Shown here: positions 33,513-42,783 of the stretch, in pieces
Position numbering within the stretch: the first letter of the stretch is position 1
How the letters are laid out: every line of letters starts with the position of its first letter
Source of the DNA: Myxococcales bacterium
GTDB taxonomy: Bacteria > Myxococcota_A > Polyangia > Palsa-1104 > SHYY01
Direction of reading: 5' to 3'
Assembly: GCA_009692555.1 (NCBI GenBank)
Contig: SHYY01000001.1
Coordinates: 27,393-91,392 of the forward strand
Length of the DNA: 64,000 nt
Notes under the pieces: generated by a model
Told to the model about the DNA's origin: nothing
The model's database searches: none
Seen by the model: only the letters and a program-made list of their open reading frames with translations
Made by a program: the position numbers and the translations under genes

Positions 33513-36235
33513 AATACCCTATCTTCGGAGAATCAACGCGAGCGATCCTGCTGCTCGGCGTCGCGTGGGCGCTCGGCTGCGGCGAGACGCCGCCCGCCAC
33601 CCCCGATCTCTCGTCGGATGACGCCGCTCCGCAAGACCTTGCCGCGACGGCTCCCGACCGGCCGGACCTCGCGCAGGCGGAGGTCGACGGGATCTTCGAT
33701 CCCGATCTGGCGCTACCGGCGTGCAAGGACACCCCCGCGGAGTGCGGCCTGCCGGGCGCGTGCCAGAGCTGCGTCCTCAGCAGCGTGGGTCACCGCTGCG
33801 TGAGCAAGGCCTGCGGCTGCGAGGCGCCCGCCGATTGCGACCCGGGCAAGGCGTGCGTGAAAGGCCTCTGCGCCGCCGCTGGCTGCGATGCGAACAGCCC
33901 CTGCAACGGCGGCTGCTGCGACGCGGGCGCGTGCACGCTCGGCAACCTGGTCGGCAAGTGCGGCAGCGACGGGAAGGCCTGCACGGCCTGCGGCGCCGGC
34001 ACACCCACCTGCTCGGACAGCATCTGCAGCGCGGCCTGCGTCGCCGGCAAGCCGGGCGATCCCGGCGTGTGCGGGATGGGCTTCTGCTGCGGCAAGAACG
34101 ATCAGTGCCAGGCGCTCGCCGATGGCGCCTGCGGCGTGCCGGGCGCGCTCTGCGCCGACTGCTCGAAGAGCGCCTCGGGACCGAAGTGCACCATGGCCGG
34201 CGCGTGCGGCTGCCAGGCGGCGATGGACTGCCAGAAGGGTCAGGGCTGCAAGGCGGGGGCGTGCATCACCGGGTGCGATGCCAACGCGCCCTGCAACAGC
34301 GGGTGCTGCTCGAACGGCCAGTGCGAAGCGGGCAACGTCGCCGCCGCCTGCGCCGTCGGTGGCGCGCTGTGCGTCTCGTGCGCCGGCAACGTCAAGGGCG
34401 CGGGCTGCGTGATCGTGAACAACCTGACCGTTTGCGGGTGCGCGTCGCAGGCCGACTGCCCCGCCAACCTGGCCTGCGATCCGGCCGCGAAGAGCTGCGG
34501 CACCAAGTGCGATCTCAACAATCCGTGCAAGGGCGGCTGCTGCCAGGCCGGCCAGTGCGTGAAGGGCAATGTCCAGGGCGCGTGCGGCGAGAACGGCGGC
34601 ACCTGCGGCAACTGCGCCGGCAACCCGCTCGGCACCGCCTGCGCGCTCACGGCGGCGGGCGGCCACTGCGGCTGCAGCGACGGGAGCCAGTGCCCGATGG
34701 GCGCGCCCACCTGCGATGCGACCGACAAGATCTGCAAGAACGCCTGCTCGGCGAACGTGAAGTGCCCGGTCGGCTGCTGCAGCAACGCCGCCGGCGGGGT
34801 GTGCGTCAACGGCACCGCAAACGACTTTTGCGGGCTCACCGGGATCTGCACGAATTGCATGGGAGCCGCCGCGGGCAAGGCGTGCCGCGCCAACTTCCTG
34901 TGCGGCTGCGACAAGGCCGCCGACTGCCCCACCGGCTGGGCGTGCGACACCGCCCTCCACGCCTGCACCACCCAGTGCACGGTCAACCAGATCTGCAACG
35001 GCGGGTGCTGCTCGAACGGCACCTGCCAGACCGGAAAGGATGGCGCGCTCTGCGGCGTCACCGGCAACGCCTGCCTCGACTGCAGCCAGAACAAGCTCGG
35101 CCATGGGTGCGCCGCCGGGGCGTGCGGTTGCACCACCGCGGCCGACTGCGGTCCGCTCCAGGCGTGCGACGTGGCGAAGAAGCAGTGCACCAGCGTCTGC
35201 AACGTCAACCAGCCGTGCAGCGGCGGCTGCTGCCAGGGCGGAATGTGCGCCGACGGCACGGCCAACTCGGCGTGCGGCGGGCTCGGCGCCGCCTGCGTGG
35301 TCTGCAAGGACGGCACCCCGACCTGCGAGCTGAACAAGTGCACCGCGAAGTGCGGCGACCTGGGCGACGGCACCTGTGGAAACGCGAATTGCTGCAGCAG
35401 CGGGAAATGCGTCACAGGCACCACCAAGGGCGCATGCGGGTTCAGCGACGATTGCCTCGACTGCACCGGCTCCTCGGCGGGCCTGAAGTGCATCCAGCCA
35501 AAGGGGGGCCCCTACCACTGCGGCTGCGACGTCCAGACCGACTGCCTGAAGGCCGACGCGGTGCAGAACCTGCCCGGCCTGACCTGCGACCTGACGTCGA
35601 AGAGCTGCACCACGACGTGCGGGATGGGCGGCCTCACCTCCTGCAACGGCGGCTGCTGCTCCGGCGCGGGCGGTCAGTGCCGCGGCGGCGGTCAGGATGC
35701 GCTGTGCGGGGTGAACGGCGGCTTCTGCAACAGCTGCTCGGCAGGCTGCAATCCCGGACCGAAGTGCAACGGCGTGACCGGCGCGTGCGGCTGCGCGCAG
35801 ATCAACGACTGCTTCTTCGCCCCGAAGTGCCTGCTGAACGGCGCCCAGCGCGAGGCCTGTAGCCTGCCCAAGGGCGTGTGCTGCATCCCGTCGTGGTTCA
35901 ACGGCAACGACTGGGACGACAACGGCAAGCCGTCGAACTGCTGCACCGGGATGTCGGTGAACGGCATCTGCACCTGCGTCCCCACCGGGCAGGCCTCGGC
36001 CGGCGATCCCGCGCGGTGCTGCTCGCAGCACGACACGGCGGGAATGTGCAGCTGCCTCCCCAACGGTGCCGCCTGCCTCGCCGAGTCGGATGCCAACGGC
36101 GAGTGCTGCTCCGGCCTGTGCCTCGACACCGGCACCTTCAACTTCAAGTGCGTGACGGCGAAGGTGGGCCAGGTGTGCCAGGGCGACTCGGGCTGCACCC
36201 TCCCGCTGAAGTGCGTCAACGGCAAGTGCGGGTGA
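33503..36235 (+). CDS. Giant cysteine-rich repeat lipoprotein 2 (about 910 aa), tandem paralog of the preceding gene
   Basis: MRLKYPIFGESTRAILLLGVAWALGCGE lipobox. Same roughly 78-aa Cys module as gene 1. C-terminal CQGDSGCTLPLKCVNGKCG. The start overlaps the end of gene 1 by about 10 nt in a different frame. Confidence 0.8.
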   Translation: MRLKYPIFGESTRAILLLGVAWALGCGETPPATPDLSSDDAAPQDLAATAPDRPDLAQAEVDGIFDPDLALPACKDTPAECGLPGACQSCVLSSVGHRCVSKACGCEAPADCDPGKACVKGLCAAAGCDANSPCNGGCCDAGACTLGNLVGKCGSDGKACTACGAGTPTCSDSICSAACVAGKPGDPGVCGMGFCCGKNDQCQALADGACGVPGALCADCSKSASGPKCTMAGACGCQAAMDCQKGQGCKAGACITGCDANAPCNSGCCSNGQCEAGNVAAACAVGGALCVSCAGNVKGAGCVIVNNLTVCGCASQADCPANLACDPAAKSCGTKCDLNNPCKGGCCQAGQCVKGNVQGACGENGGTCGNCAGNPLGTACALTAAGGHCGCSDGSQCPMGAPTCDATDKICKNACSANVKCPVGCCSNAAGGVCVNGTANDFCGLTGICTNCMGAAAGKACRANFLCGCDKAADCPTGWACDTALHACTTQCTVNQICNGGCCSNGTCQTGKDGALCGVTGNACLDCSQNKLGHGCAAGACGCTTAADCGPLQACDVAKKQCTSVCNVNQPCSGGCCQGGMCADGTANSACGGLGAACVVCKDGTPTCELNKCTAKCGDLGDGTCGNANCCSSGKCVTGTTKGACGFSDDCLDCTGSSAGLKCIQPKGGPYHCGCDVQTDCLKADAVQNLPGLTCDLTSKSCTTTCGMGGLTSCNGGCCSGAGGQCRGGGQDALCGVNGGFCNSCSAGCNPGPKCNGVTGACGCAQINDCFFAPKCLLNGAQREACSLPKGVCCIPSWFNGNDWDDNGKPSNCCTGMSVNGICTCVPTGQASAGDPARCCSQHDTAGMCSCLPNGAACLAESDANGECCSGLCLDTGTFNFKCVTAKVGQVCQGDSGCTLPLKCVNGKCG

Positions 36236-36240
36236 TCGAC

Positions 36241-36276
36241 CGTTCCCGTTCCCGTTCCCGTTCCCGTTCCCGTCTG
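36241..36276. repeat. (GTTCCC)6 hexanucleotide microsatellite immediately after the stop of giant Cys-rich gene 2
   Basis: CGTTCCCGTTCCCGTTCCCGTTCCCGTTCCCGTC read directly. The same hexamer family occurs inside the CDS at 19076-19125. Confidence 0.85.
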
Positions 36277-36684
36277 ATGATTCATCCTGTCCGTGCACGT
36301 GCTCGTGCCGCGTGCGCTGCGCGTGCGCGTGCGCGCTTCTGCCGCGGGGGGCCGATCGGGTAGACGTCCGTGCCGTTCGTGGTCGAGCCTGGCGGCGGCT
36401 ATCGGCCGAAGTGGACGGAGGGTTGCGCGTGGCGGAGAAGGAGGCGCGCACGCGGCACGAGCACCTGGACGAGGACGTGAAAGCGAGCAACGTATACGCG
36501 CGACGACGTGGAGGTGGAGGAGCCGTCCCGATCCACATCACCGTCCTGGTCGTCTAAAAACCTGATCAAGAATCAGCCGTTTCTGTCGCCGGTTCTGTTC
36601 CCGTCGCCATTCGCGTTGCCGTTGCCGTTGCCGCTCCCGCTCCCCTCACCCCTCACCCCGCGAACGGACGCGCCCCGGGCAAAA

Positions 36685-36730
36685 AAAAACGGGCCCCGCG
36701 TTGGCGGGACCCGTTTTCTGGTCGGCTGAC
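36685..36730. terminator. Bidirectional Rho-independent terminator (cspA on the minus strand, giant Cys-rich gene 2 on the plus strand)
   Basis: On the minus strand ACGGGTCCCGC-CAA-GCGGGGCCCGT is an 11-bp stem with one G-U pair, followed by U9. On the plus strand the same hairpin is preceded by A9 and followed by TTTTCT. Confidence 0.85.
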
Positions 36731-36734
36731 CTGA

Positions 36735-36938
36735 CTAGAGGCGCGTCACGTTGGCGGCCTGGAGACCCTTCGGCCCCTTGACCACCTCGAACTGCACCTT
36801 GTCGCCCTCGGACAGGCTGCGGAAGCCCTCCGCGGCGATCGCCGTGTGGTGGACGAAGACGTCCGGGCCGCTCTCGCGCGTGATGAACCCGAAGCCCTTC
36901 GCATCATTGAACCACTTGACCGTTCCGTTTTCCATCTG
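36735..36938 (-). CDS. cspA: Cold-shock protein (CspA family)
   Basis: [66 protein letters not shown] carries the RNP1 and RNP2 motifs (KGFGFI, VFVHH). 67 aa. Followed by a strong terminator, with about 260 nt of upstream leader. Confidence 0.95.
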   Translation of the reverse strand, partial: QMENGTVKWFNDAKGFGFITRESGPDVFVHHTAIAAEGFRSLSEGDKVQFEVVKGPKGLQAANVTRL

Positions 36939-37200
36939 CTTGCCTCTACTGTGCGGCCGTGCGTCGGCGACCGCCCGAATGTTCGTTGCTGTACTGGAGA
37001 GGTCAGGGGTTCCGACGGAAGACCGATCGAACGACTCGACCGGGCTGCCAGACAATCAGTCCGCCCTCCAGCTGTGACGCGCGGCGAACAATGCACGCCC
37101 CGCCTCCCGTTGTCGAGAACTATTCGCAGGCCACCGAAGAAAAAAGCAAAAAAAGCGCGCCCCCGCCAGCCCCCGCCTTGCGGGGTATAAACGCCCGGCG

Positions 37201-37911
37201 ATGCTTCCCTGGGAGATCCTCGGCCGGGCCCGCGCAGACGGCGGTGGCGAGCTGGTCCTGCACCACCGGGACGGCGAGTTCGTGATCCGCGTCGGCGGGC
37301 GCGAGCTCATGTCGAGCCGGGGCAGCCACTCCGAGGAGGAGTTGGCGCGCGAGGCGATCGCCCGCCTCCCGCCGCACGGAGGAGCGGGCGGACCACGCCT
37401 CCTGATCGGCGGCCTCGGGATGGGGTTCACCACCCGCGCCGCGCTCGACGCGCTGCCAGCGTGCGCCGAGGTGGTGGTCGCGGAGATCGTGCCCGCGGTG
37501 GTGCTGTGGAACCGCGGTCCGATCGCACATCTCGCCGGACGGCCGCTCGAGGACGCTCGCACGCGGGTGGAGCTCGCCGATGTGGCCCGGGTGATCGCCG
37601 GGACGCGGGTGCGCTTCGACGCCATCCTCCTCGACGTGGACAACGGCCCGCACGGGCTGACGCGGAAGGCCAACCACCTCCTCTACTCCGAGGCCGGGCT
37701 GGCGAGCGCACGGCGCGCCCTCCGGCCGGGCGGCCTCCTCGCGGTGTGGTCCGCGTCGCCCGACGAGGCCTTCGCGAGGCGCCTCCGCAGGGCCGGCTAC
37801 CAGACCGACACCGTCGCTGTCGCGGCGCGCGGCGGGGCGGGCGGGCCGAAGCACACGATCTTCTTCGGCCGCCTTCCCGGGCCCCCGCCGAAGCCCGGGG
37901 CGTTGACGTGA
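37201..37911 (+). CDS. Spermidine-synthase-like (PABS-fold) SAM-dependent transferase
   Basis: LIGGLGMGFTTRAALDALPACAEVVVAEIVPAVV and ILLDVDNGPHGLTRKANHLLYSEAGLASARRALRPGGLLAVWS match the spermine/spermidine synthase family core. Confidence 0.65.
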   Translation: MLPWEILGRARADGGGELVLHHRDGEFVIRVGGRELMSSRGSHSEEELAREAIARLPPHGGAGGPRLLIGGLGMGFTTRAALDALPACAEVVVAEIVPAVVLWNRGPIAHLAGRPLEDARTRVELADVARVIAGTRVRFDAILLDVDNGPHGLTRKANHLLYSEAGLASARRALRPGGLLAVWSASPDEAFARRLRRAGYQTDTVAVAARGGAGGPKHTIFFGRLPGPPPKPGALT

Positions 37912-38696
37912 GCGCGCCCTTTCGGCGGCTCGAGCTCGGCGCGCTCCGCATCGACGACGAGCGCCCGCTCCGTCACATCGCGCTCTACCCGCGGCTGAAG
38001 GCGCTCCTGATCCGCGATCAATACACGTTCCGCGTGCCCGGGCCGGCCACCTCCAGCGACTGGAATCGCGCCCTGTTCCTGAACCTCGGCTTCTTTCGTC
38101 CCGGTGACGCCGCCGATGTGCTGGTCGACGAGCGCATCCCGGCCGACGTGGTGGCGCACGTCGCCTGGCATCACCTCGCGGGCCGCGCGCTCGGCCCCGC
38201 CGGGAAGACCGCCGACGGGCTGCTCCTCGCCGAGTCGATCGCCAGCGCCTTCGATCTCCATCTCGTCGGGCGGCTGCTCCCGCACGCGCCGCGATCGACC
38301 TTCCTCGCCACCCAGGTGACGGCGATGGCGGAGGTGGCCAGCAGCGCGGGCCTCGGCGCAGCGGACTTCGCTGCGCTGCTCGCGGCGGTCGCCGGGGATC
38401 CCGAGCAGGCGTTCGCCGATCTCCGCCGGCTGCTCTTCACCGCCTTGACGCGCCTCCTCCGCGCGCCCGGCACCGACGCTGCGGCGCGCATTCTCGCGGG
38501 TCTCGCCGGCCACCGATTCCACGCGCTCCTGCACCACTACAACCTCGCGAACTGGATCCTCTTCGCCCGCGCCCACGCCGTGGTCTCGCCGCGCGTCGAT
38601 CCGAGGATCGCGACGATCGACCGCGCCCTCGCCCGCGCCCCGGTGGCGCTCGGCTGGCTGGAGCGAAGCTGGCTGCGCCCCGTCGAGGGGGGGTAG
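37908..38696 (+). CDS. Hypothetical protein (about 262 aa)
   Basis: The GTG start overlaps the upstream stop (GTGA). Clean frame against Arg-rich alternatives. No recognisable motifs. Confidence 0.5.
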   Translation: MSAPFRRLELGALRIDDERPLRHIALYPRLKALLIRDQYTFRVPGPATSSDWNRALFLNLGFFRPGDAADVLVDERIPADVVAHVAWHHLAGRALGPAGKTADGLLLAESIASAFDLHLVGRLLPHAPRSTFLATQVTAMAEVASSAGLGAADFAALLAAVAGDPEQAFADLRRLLFTALTRLLRAPGTDAAARILAGLAGHRFHALLHHYNLANWILFARAHAVVSPRVDPRIATIDRALARAPVALGWLERSWLRPVEGG

Positions 38697-38727
38697 AATG
38701 GCGGTCCACTTATTTCAGGAGGGGCGG

Positions 38728-39510
38728 ATGCGGTGCGCGCGAACGGTTTTCGCGGGTTTCCTGGCGATTGGATTCTCCGGGACGGCGCGCGCCGATCCGC
38801 CGTCAAAGCTCCAGCAGGACGACGATCCCGATCCGCCCCCGCCCCCACCGCCCCCCCCGCTCCCCGTCGCTGAGCCGCCGCTCATGACCGAGCCGCCGCC
38901 TCCACCGCCGCCGCGGCCGCGCCCGATCGTCCGCGGGCAGATGGCGAGCGGCTTCGCGGTCGAACTGCACCTCGGGACCCAGGTCGCATCGCTCGGGTCG
39001 GACGCCAGCGGCTCGCTGGTCCAGCTCGGCGTTCTCCAGGGCGGGATCTTCGCCGGCTACAAGATCCAGCGGGTGATCGTCGGCCTCGGCTTCGACATCC
39101 AGCGCGGCGCCTCGGGCACCTCGATGACCGGGACCGCCGACACCTCCCGCTCGGCGACGGCGATCCTCCTCTCCCCGGGCGTCCGGATCGCGATCCTTCG
39201 TTCGGCCGATCAGCGCGTGGAGCTGTTCGGCCAGGTCGACCTCGGCTTCGGCCGCACCTTCGACGACCAGACGCCGCCCCCGATGGGGCTGCAGCCCGAG
39301 CGCTCCAACTTCCAGTTCGCCTACGACGTCGGCCCCGGGTTGCGCTACTGGCTTCACCCCCAGTTCGCCCTCGGCGCCCTCACCGGCCTGCGCGGCGATT
39401 TCGGCTGGCTCACGACCACCACCACCGCCGGCACGACCACCTCCACCCGCACCACCTCGAGCGGGATCACCAGCGTCTTCGCGGCGCTCCTGTTCACCGG
39501 AGTCTTCTAA
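38728..39510 (+). CDS. Putative outer-membrane beta-barrel protein with a Pro-rich linker
   Basis: Signal peptide MRCARTVFAGFLAIGFSGTARA with AGGAGG upstream. PPPPPPPPPLPVAEPPLMTEPPPPPPPRPRP linker. Alternating-hydrophobic strands and a C-terminal ...LLFTGVF ending in Phe. Confidence 0.65.
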   Translation: MRCARTVFAGFLAIGFSGTARADPPSKLQQDDDPDPPPPPPPPPLPVAEPPLMTEPPPPPPPRPRPIVRGQMASGFAVELHLGTQVASLGSDASGSLVQLGVLQGGIFAGYKIQRVIVGLGFDIQRGASGTSMTGTADTSRSATAILLSPGVRIAILRSADQRVELFGQVDLGFGRTFDDQTPPPMGLQPERSNFQFAYDVGPGLRYWLHPQFALGALTGLRGDFGWLTTTTTAGTTTSTRTTSSGITSVFAALLFTGVF

Positions 39511-39525
39511 GAGAACTCCGGCGCC

Positions 39526-40434
39526 TCACTTCGCCGCTTCGGCGAGCTGCCTGACCACCGCGTCGACCAGCGCGAAGTAGTCGCTGGCGTCCGGGCGCGC
39601 TCCGACGTCCGACGGCAGGACCACCAGGCGCGCTCCCGCGAGCTGCGCCACCTGCTGCGCCGTGGAGCGGCTGTAGAACGACTCCATGAGCACCATCTTG
39701 GCGTGCTGGGCGCGCATCCGTCGCACCAGGTCGCCGACGTGCGACAGCGGCGGCGTGACCCCCGGCTTCGGCTCGACGGAGCCGACCTCGACCAGGCCGA
39801 GCCACTGGCAGAGGTAGGACCAGCTCTTGTGGCAGGTGGCGACGCGCACCCCGCGCACCGGCGCCGCGGTCCGCTCCCACGCTGCGCGGCGGGTCTTGAG
39901 CTCGCTCTCGAACTTCGTCAGGTCGGCGTCGTAGACGGGGGCGCCGGCGGGATCGAGCTGCCCGAGCCGCGCGGCGATGGCGGCCGCGACGCGATGCGCA
40001 TTGTCAGGCACCAGCCAGTAGTGCGGGTTGCCGCTCGGGTGGATGTCGCCGAGGCTGCGGTCGATCCTGGTCTGCGCCACGTCGAGCACCGGGATGCCCT
40101 GCGAGGCGTCGAGGTTGCCCGGTGTCCCGGGCTGGCTCCGCGGATTACGGCACGACAGCACCAGCGGCGGCAGCTACCCGATCTCGAGCTCGAGCCCGAC
40201 GTGGATCAGGAGATCGGCGCGGTTGAGGAGGATCTGCAGGTTCGGCTTGGCCTCGACGTAGTGGGGGTCCATCGAGCCGCGGGAGAGCGCGGCGACCTCC
40301 ACGCGATCGCCGCCGACGCGGCGTGCGAGATCGGCGAACGTCTCGATGGTGGTGGCCACCCGCACCTTGGCCTGTGCCGGTCGGGCGAGCCCGCCAGCGA
40401 CGAGGAGCACTGCGAGTAGATGCTTCATGCCCAT
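39526..40434 (-). pseudogene. znuA: Zinc ABC transporter substrate-binding protein znuA/troA-like, interrupted by an in-frame TAG at 40174-40176
   Basis: The N-terminal piece (MKHLLAVLLVAGGLA...DPHYVEAKPN...ADLLIHVGLELEIG) and the C-terminal piece (LPPLVLSCRNP...HPSGNPHYWLVPDNA...) are in the same frame, separated only by TAG. Homologs have Trp (TGG) at this position (..LE.GWLP..). Confidence 0.7.
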
Positions 40435-40701
40435 GGGACGATCTCCTCCTGCTTCCTGTTCAATCCCCGCTCGGCTCAGTACGCATGCGCGCCGTGAGCG
40501 CCGATCGACGCCTCGAGTTGCAGGAACGCGGCGAAGTTCACCTTGTCCTGGTCGGGGAGACGCGCCTCGCCGTGGAGGCGGACGCGCGCGAACTCAGAGA
40601 GCTGGAAGGTGAACGATCCGGTGGCGGCGTAGTCGCGCCGCACCGACGGGCCGGCGGGCAGCCCGTCGATCTCGCCGCGCGCCCCGAGAAAGACGCGCCG
40701 G

Positions 40702-41724
40702 CTACACCTGCCAGACCAGCTGGGAGGAGAGCGCGCCCTCGATTCGGTGATCGAGGGAGGGGATCTCGCGCAGCACGAACTCGGTGGTCCAGGCGAGGCT
40801 CATGAAGGTCGCCGAGACGTTGGGCGGCTTCCATTTCAAGTAGAGGTCGGCGCCGTAGAGGCGGCTCCTCAGGCCGTCGAGGTCGGGCTCCACCAGCAGC
40901 GGCGCCACGAAGTCGATCTGCTGCGACGTCAACCCGGTGGCGAAGGAGAGCCCGAGGAGCGCCGAGGTGTTGTCGGTGAACGGGACGAAGGTCTTCAGGT
41001 TGGCGAGCCATGTGAAGTCGGTGCGCTTGCCGCCGCCGAAGGTCTGCACCGCCGTTGGATCGTCCACCACCGGCACGGGCGCCACCGAGAGCATCTCGCC
41101 GCTGATCAGCAGGTAGAACGGCAGGGGTACGAGCCAGGACAGCTCCACCGCCGGGGCGCGCAGCCCGTCGGGGCCAAGGAGGAGCGCGTTCCACTGCGGA
41201 CGGCGGGTGAAGTCCTGGGCGTGCAGGTGCTGCGTGTTCTGCCGCCCAAAGGCGGCGCGGAGCATGCCGGCCCGGAGCTGGAACGACCATGGCAGCGACG
41301 TGGTGGTGACGAACCCCTCCTCCACCTCGATCCCCTCGGCGTTGGGGATGGCGAGATAGAGCTCGGCGCGGAAGCAGGGGTCGACCGCCGCCGAGAACGC
41401 CAGCTCGACCTCCTGGAGGTTCAGCCCCGTCGCTGCGCGGTCGTCGCCGGAGGTCACCACGCGGCTCTCGGGCGCCGCTTCTCGCGCGGGTCCCGGGAGT
41501 AGTAGCCGCCGGCGAGGTCGATGATCACCGCGAGGTCGGGGTTGAGCGACTGGATCGCCCGCGCGATCGGCGAAGGGGGAGGGGCGGCGCGCCAGGTCGT
41601 GTCTGTTGCGTCGCAGCATCGGCCGCGGCATCGGTGGAGAGCGCCTTCTCGAGCGCCTTCTGCTCGTCGGTGGTGAGCGGTGGCGGCTCCTCGGCGGCGG
41701 CGGCGAGCGAGAGCAGCAGGCCAA
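40702..41724 (-). CDS. Hypothetical secreted/outer-membrane-like protein between znuB and znuA; N-terminus uncertain
   Basis: The C-terminal 250 aa read as alternating beta-strand-like segments (ADLYLKWKPPNVSATFMSLAWTTEFVL). A plausible signal peptide (ARAVVFGLLLSLAAAAEEPPPL) lies in a different frame at 41740-41600, suggesting a frame break near a C6/G6 run at about 41580. Confidence 0.45.
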   Translation of the reverse strand: MACCSRSPPPPRSRHRSPPTSRRRSRRRSPPMPRPMLRRNRHDLARRPSPFADRAGDPVAQPRPRGDHRPRRRLLLPGPAREAAPESRVVTSGDDRAATGLNLQEVELAFSAAVDPCFRAELYLAIPNAEGIEVEEGFVTTTSLPWSFQLRAGMLRAAFGRQNTQHLHAQDFTRRPQWNALLLGPDGLRAPAVELSWLVPLPFYLLISGEMLSVAPVPVVDDPTAVQTFGGGKRTDFTWLANLKTFVPFTDNTSALLGLSFATGLTSQQIDFVAPLLVEPDLDGLRSRLYGADLYLKWKPPNVSATFMSLAWTTEFVLREIPSLDHRIEGALSSQLVWQV

Positions 41725-41742
41725 AGACCACGGCGCGGGCGC

Positions 41743-42416
41743 TCACCTCCGCACCCAGGCCAGGCGGCACAGGCCCGGCACGAGAAACAGGGCCGCCACC
41801 ACCACCATCGAGGCGCCGGTCGGGAGCGACCAGCGGAACGAGGCGTAGTAGCCGAGCACCGCCGAGCTGATCGCGAATGCCACCGAGAGCGTGAACACCT
41901 GCCACAGGCGTCGTCCGACCAGCAGCGCGGCGGCCGCCGGCAGGACCATGAAGCCGAACACCGGCAGGGCCCGATCGCCCGCGTCGAGGCCGACACCACC
42001 ATCGCGAAGCTCTCGAACAGGAGCAGGTTCCATGCCCAGGTGCGGTAGCCGAGGGTGCGCGCCATCTCGCCGTCGAAGGAGACGAACACGAAGTCGCGGT
42101 AGAGGGCGAGGTGGAGCGCCAGCACGCCGACGGTCATCGAGGCCATGATCCAGAGCTGCTCGGGCGGCACGGCGACGGCGTTTCCGTAGAGGAGGTCGTT
42201 CACCTCGTGCGCCTCCTGGGTCACCCGCGGGCTGTTGAGGATGATGATCATCGCCGCCCCGGCGATCAGGTAGCCGAGCCCCACCACCGTCTCGGCGGCG
42301 AGGCGGCGGCGCATGAAGTGGAGCGAGAAGAGCGCGGCCCCCGCGGCGGCGAAGGCGAAGGCGAGCCAGATCGGATGGAGGTACCAGGGCGCCTCGTGCG
42401 GGTCGACGCCCGCCAC
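41743..42416 (-). pseudogene. znuB: Zinc/manganese ABC transporter permease znuB-like; 5'-truncated (lacks the first roughly 55-85 residues) and frame-broken near 41990
   Basis: Residues align to ZnuB from the GIMAHSAL region onward (VGLGYLIAGAAMII...DFVFVSFDGEMARTLG...FAMVVS), then the frame switches to ...LPVFGFMVLPAAAALLVGRRLW...SLPTGASMVVVAALFL. Upstream is a stop, then (GTAGTC)2 and the four-helix-bundle remnant. No znuC is found. Confidence 0.7.
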
Positions 42417-42439
42417 CGACGCGAGGTAGTCGTAGTCGA

Positions 42440-42556
42440 TTCAGGGGCACTCTCGCGCGGGGGATCACCTCTCCGGCACATGCGCGTGAGCATCTCCACG
42501 ATGCGGGTCAGCAACTCCATGGCCTGTGACGTCGAGCTTCTGGTAGGCCAGCATGG
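42440..42556 (-). pseudogene. Degraded four-helix-bundle (PF05635-like) gene remnant, copy B
   Basis: MPMLAYQKLDV is identical in pattern to the start of copy A (MPLLADQKLDV), then goes out of frame. An alternative frame gives AMELLTRIVEMLTRM. AGGAGG lies upstream. Confidence 0.6.
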
Positions 42557-42705
42557 GCATCCTCCTGGGAGGCCAGGGTTGTCGGTTGGCAGGAGGAATT
42601 TTTTGCGGGAGGAATTTCGATTGCCGTCGCTGCGGACGGGACGACTACGACCACGACTACGACTACGTGACGAGCAAGAGCCAGCAAGAGGGCCCCCTCC
42701 GCCGT
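42528..42705. repeat. Copy B of the roughly 180-bp (GACTAC)n-containing repeat; (GACTAC)4 with one GACCAC variant at about 42643-42666; inverted (GTAGTC)2 at 42425-42436
   Basis: About 90% identical to 4556-4730 (see copy A). Confidence 0.8.
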
Positions 42706-42783
42706 CAAACACCCCCGGAGTGACGGACCAGGATGGTGCATTGCAGCATGACTGCCAGCGCGGAGCGGGGCAGGGAGAATGCG

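Noticed and set aside
36290-36700. Possible tRNA or small RNA gene in the long intergenic region upstream of the cspA terminator
   Set aside because: No cloverleaf features (no GTTC-type T-arm with a matching acceptor stem) were recognisable by eye. Left as an untested possibility only.
41454-42416. 320-aa ORF as an intact znuB
   Set aside because: Only the first roughly 135 residues are ZnuB-like. The rest is out-of-frame Arg/Trp/Cys-rich noise. The true C-terminus is in the 41743-42468 frame.
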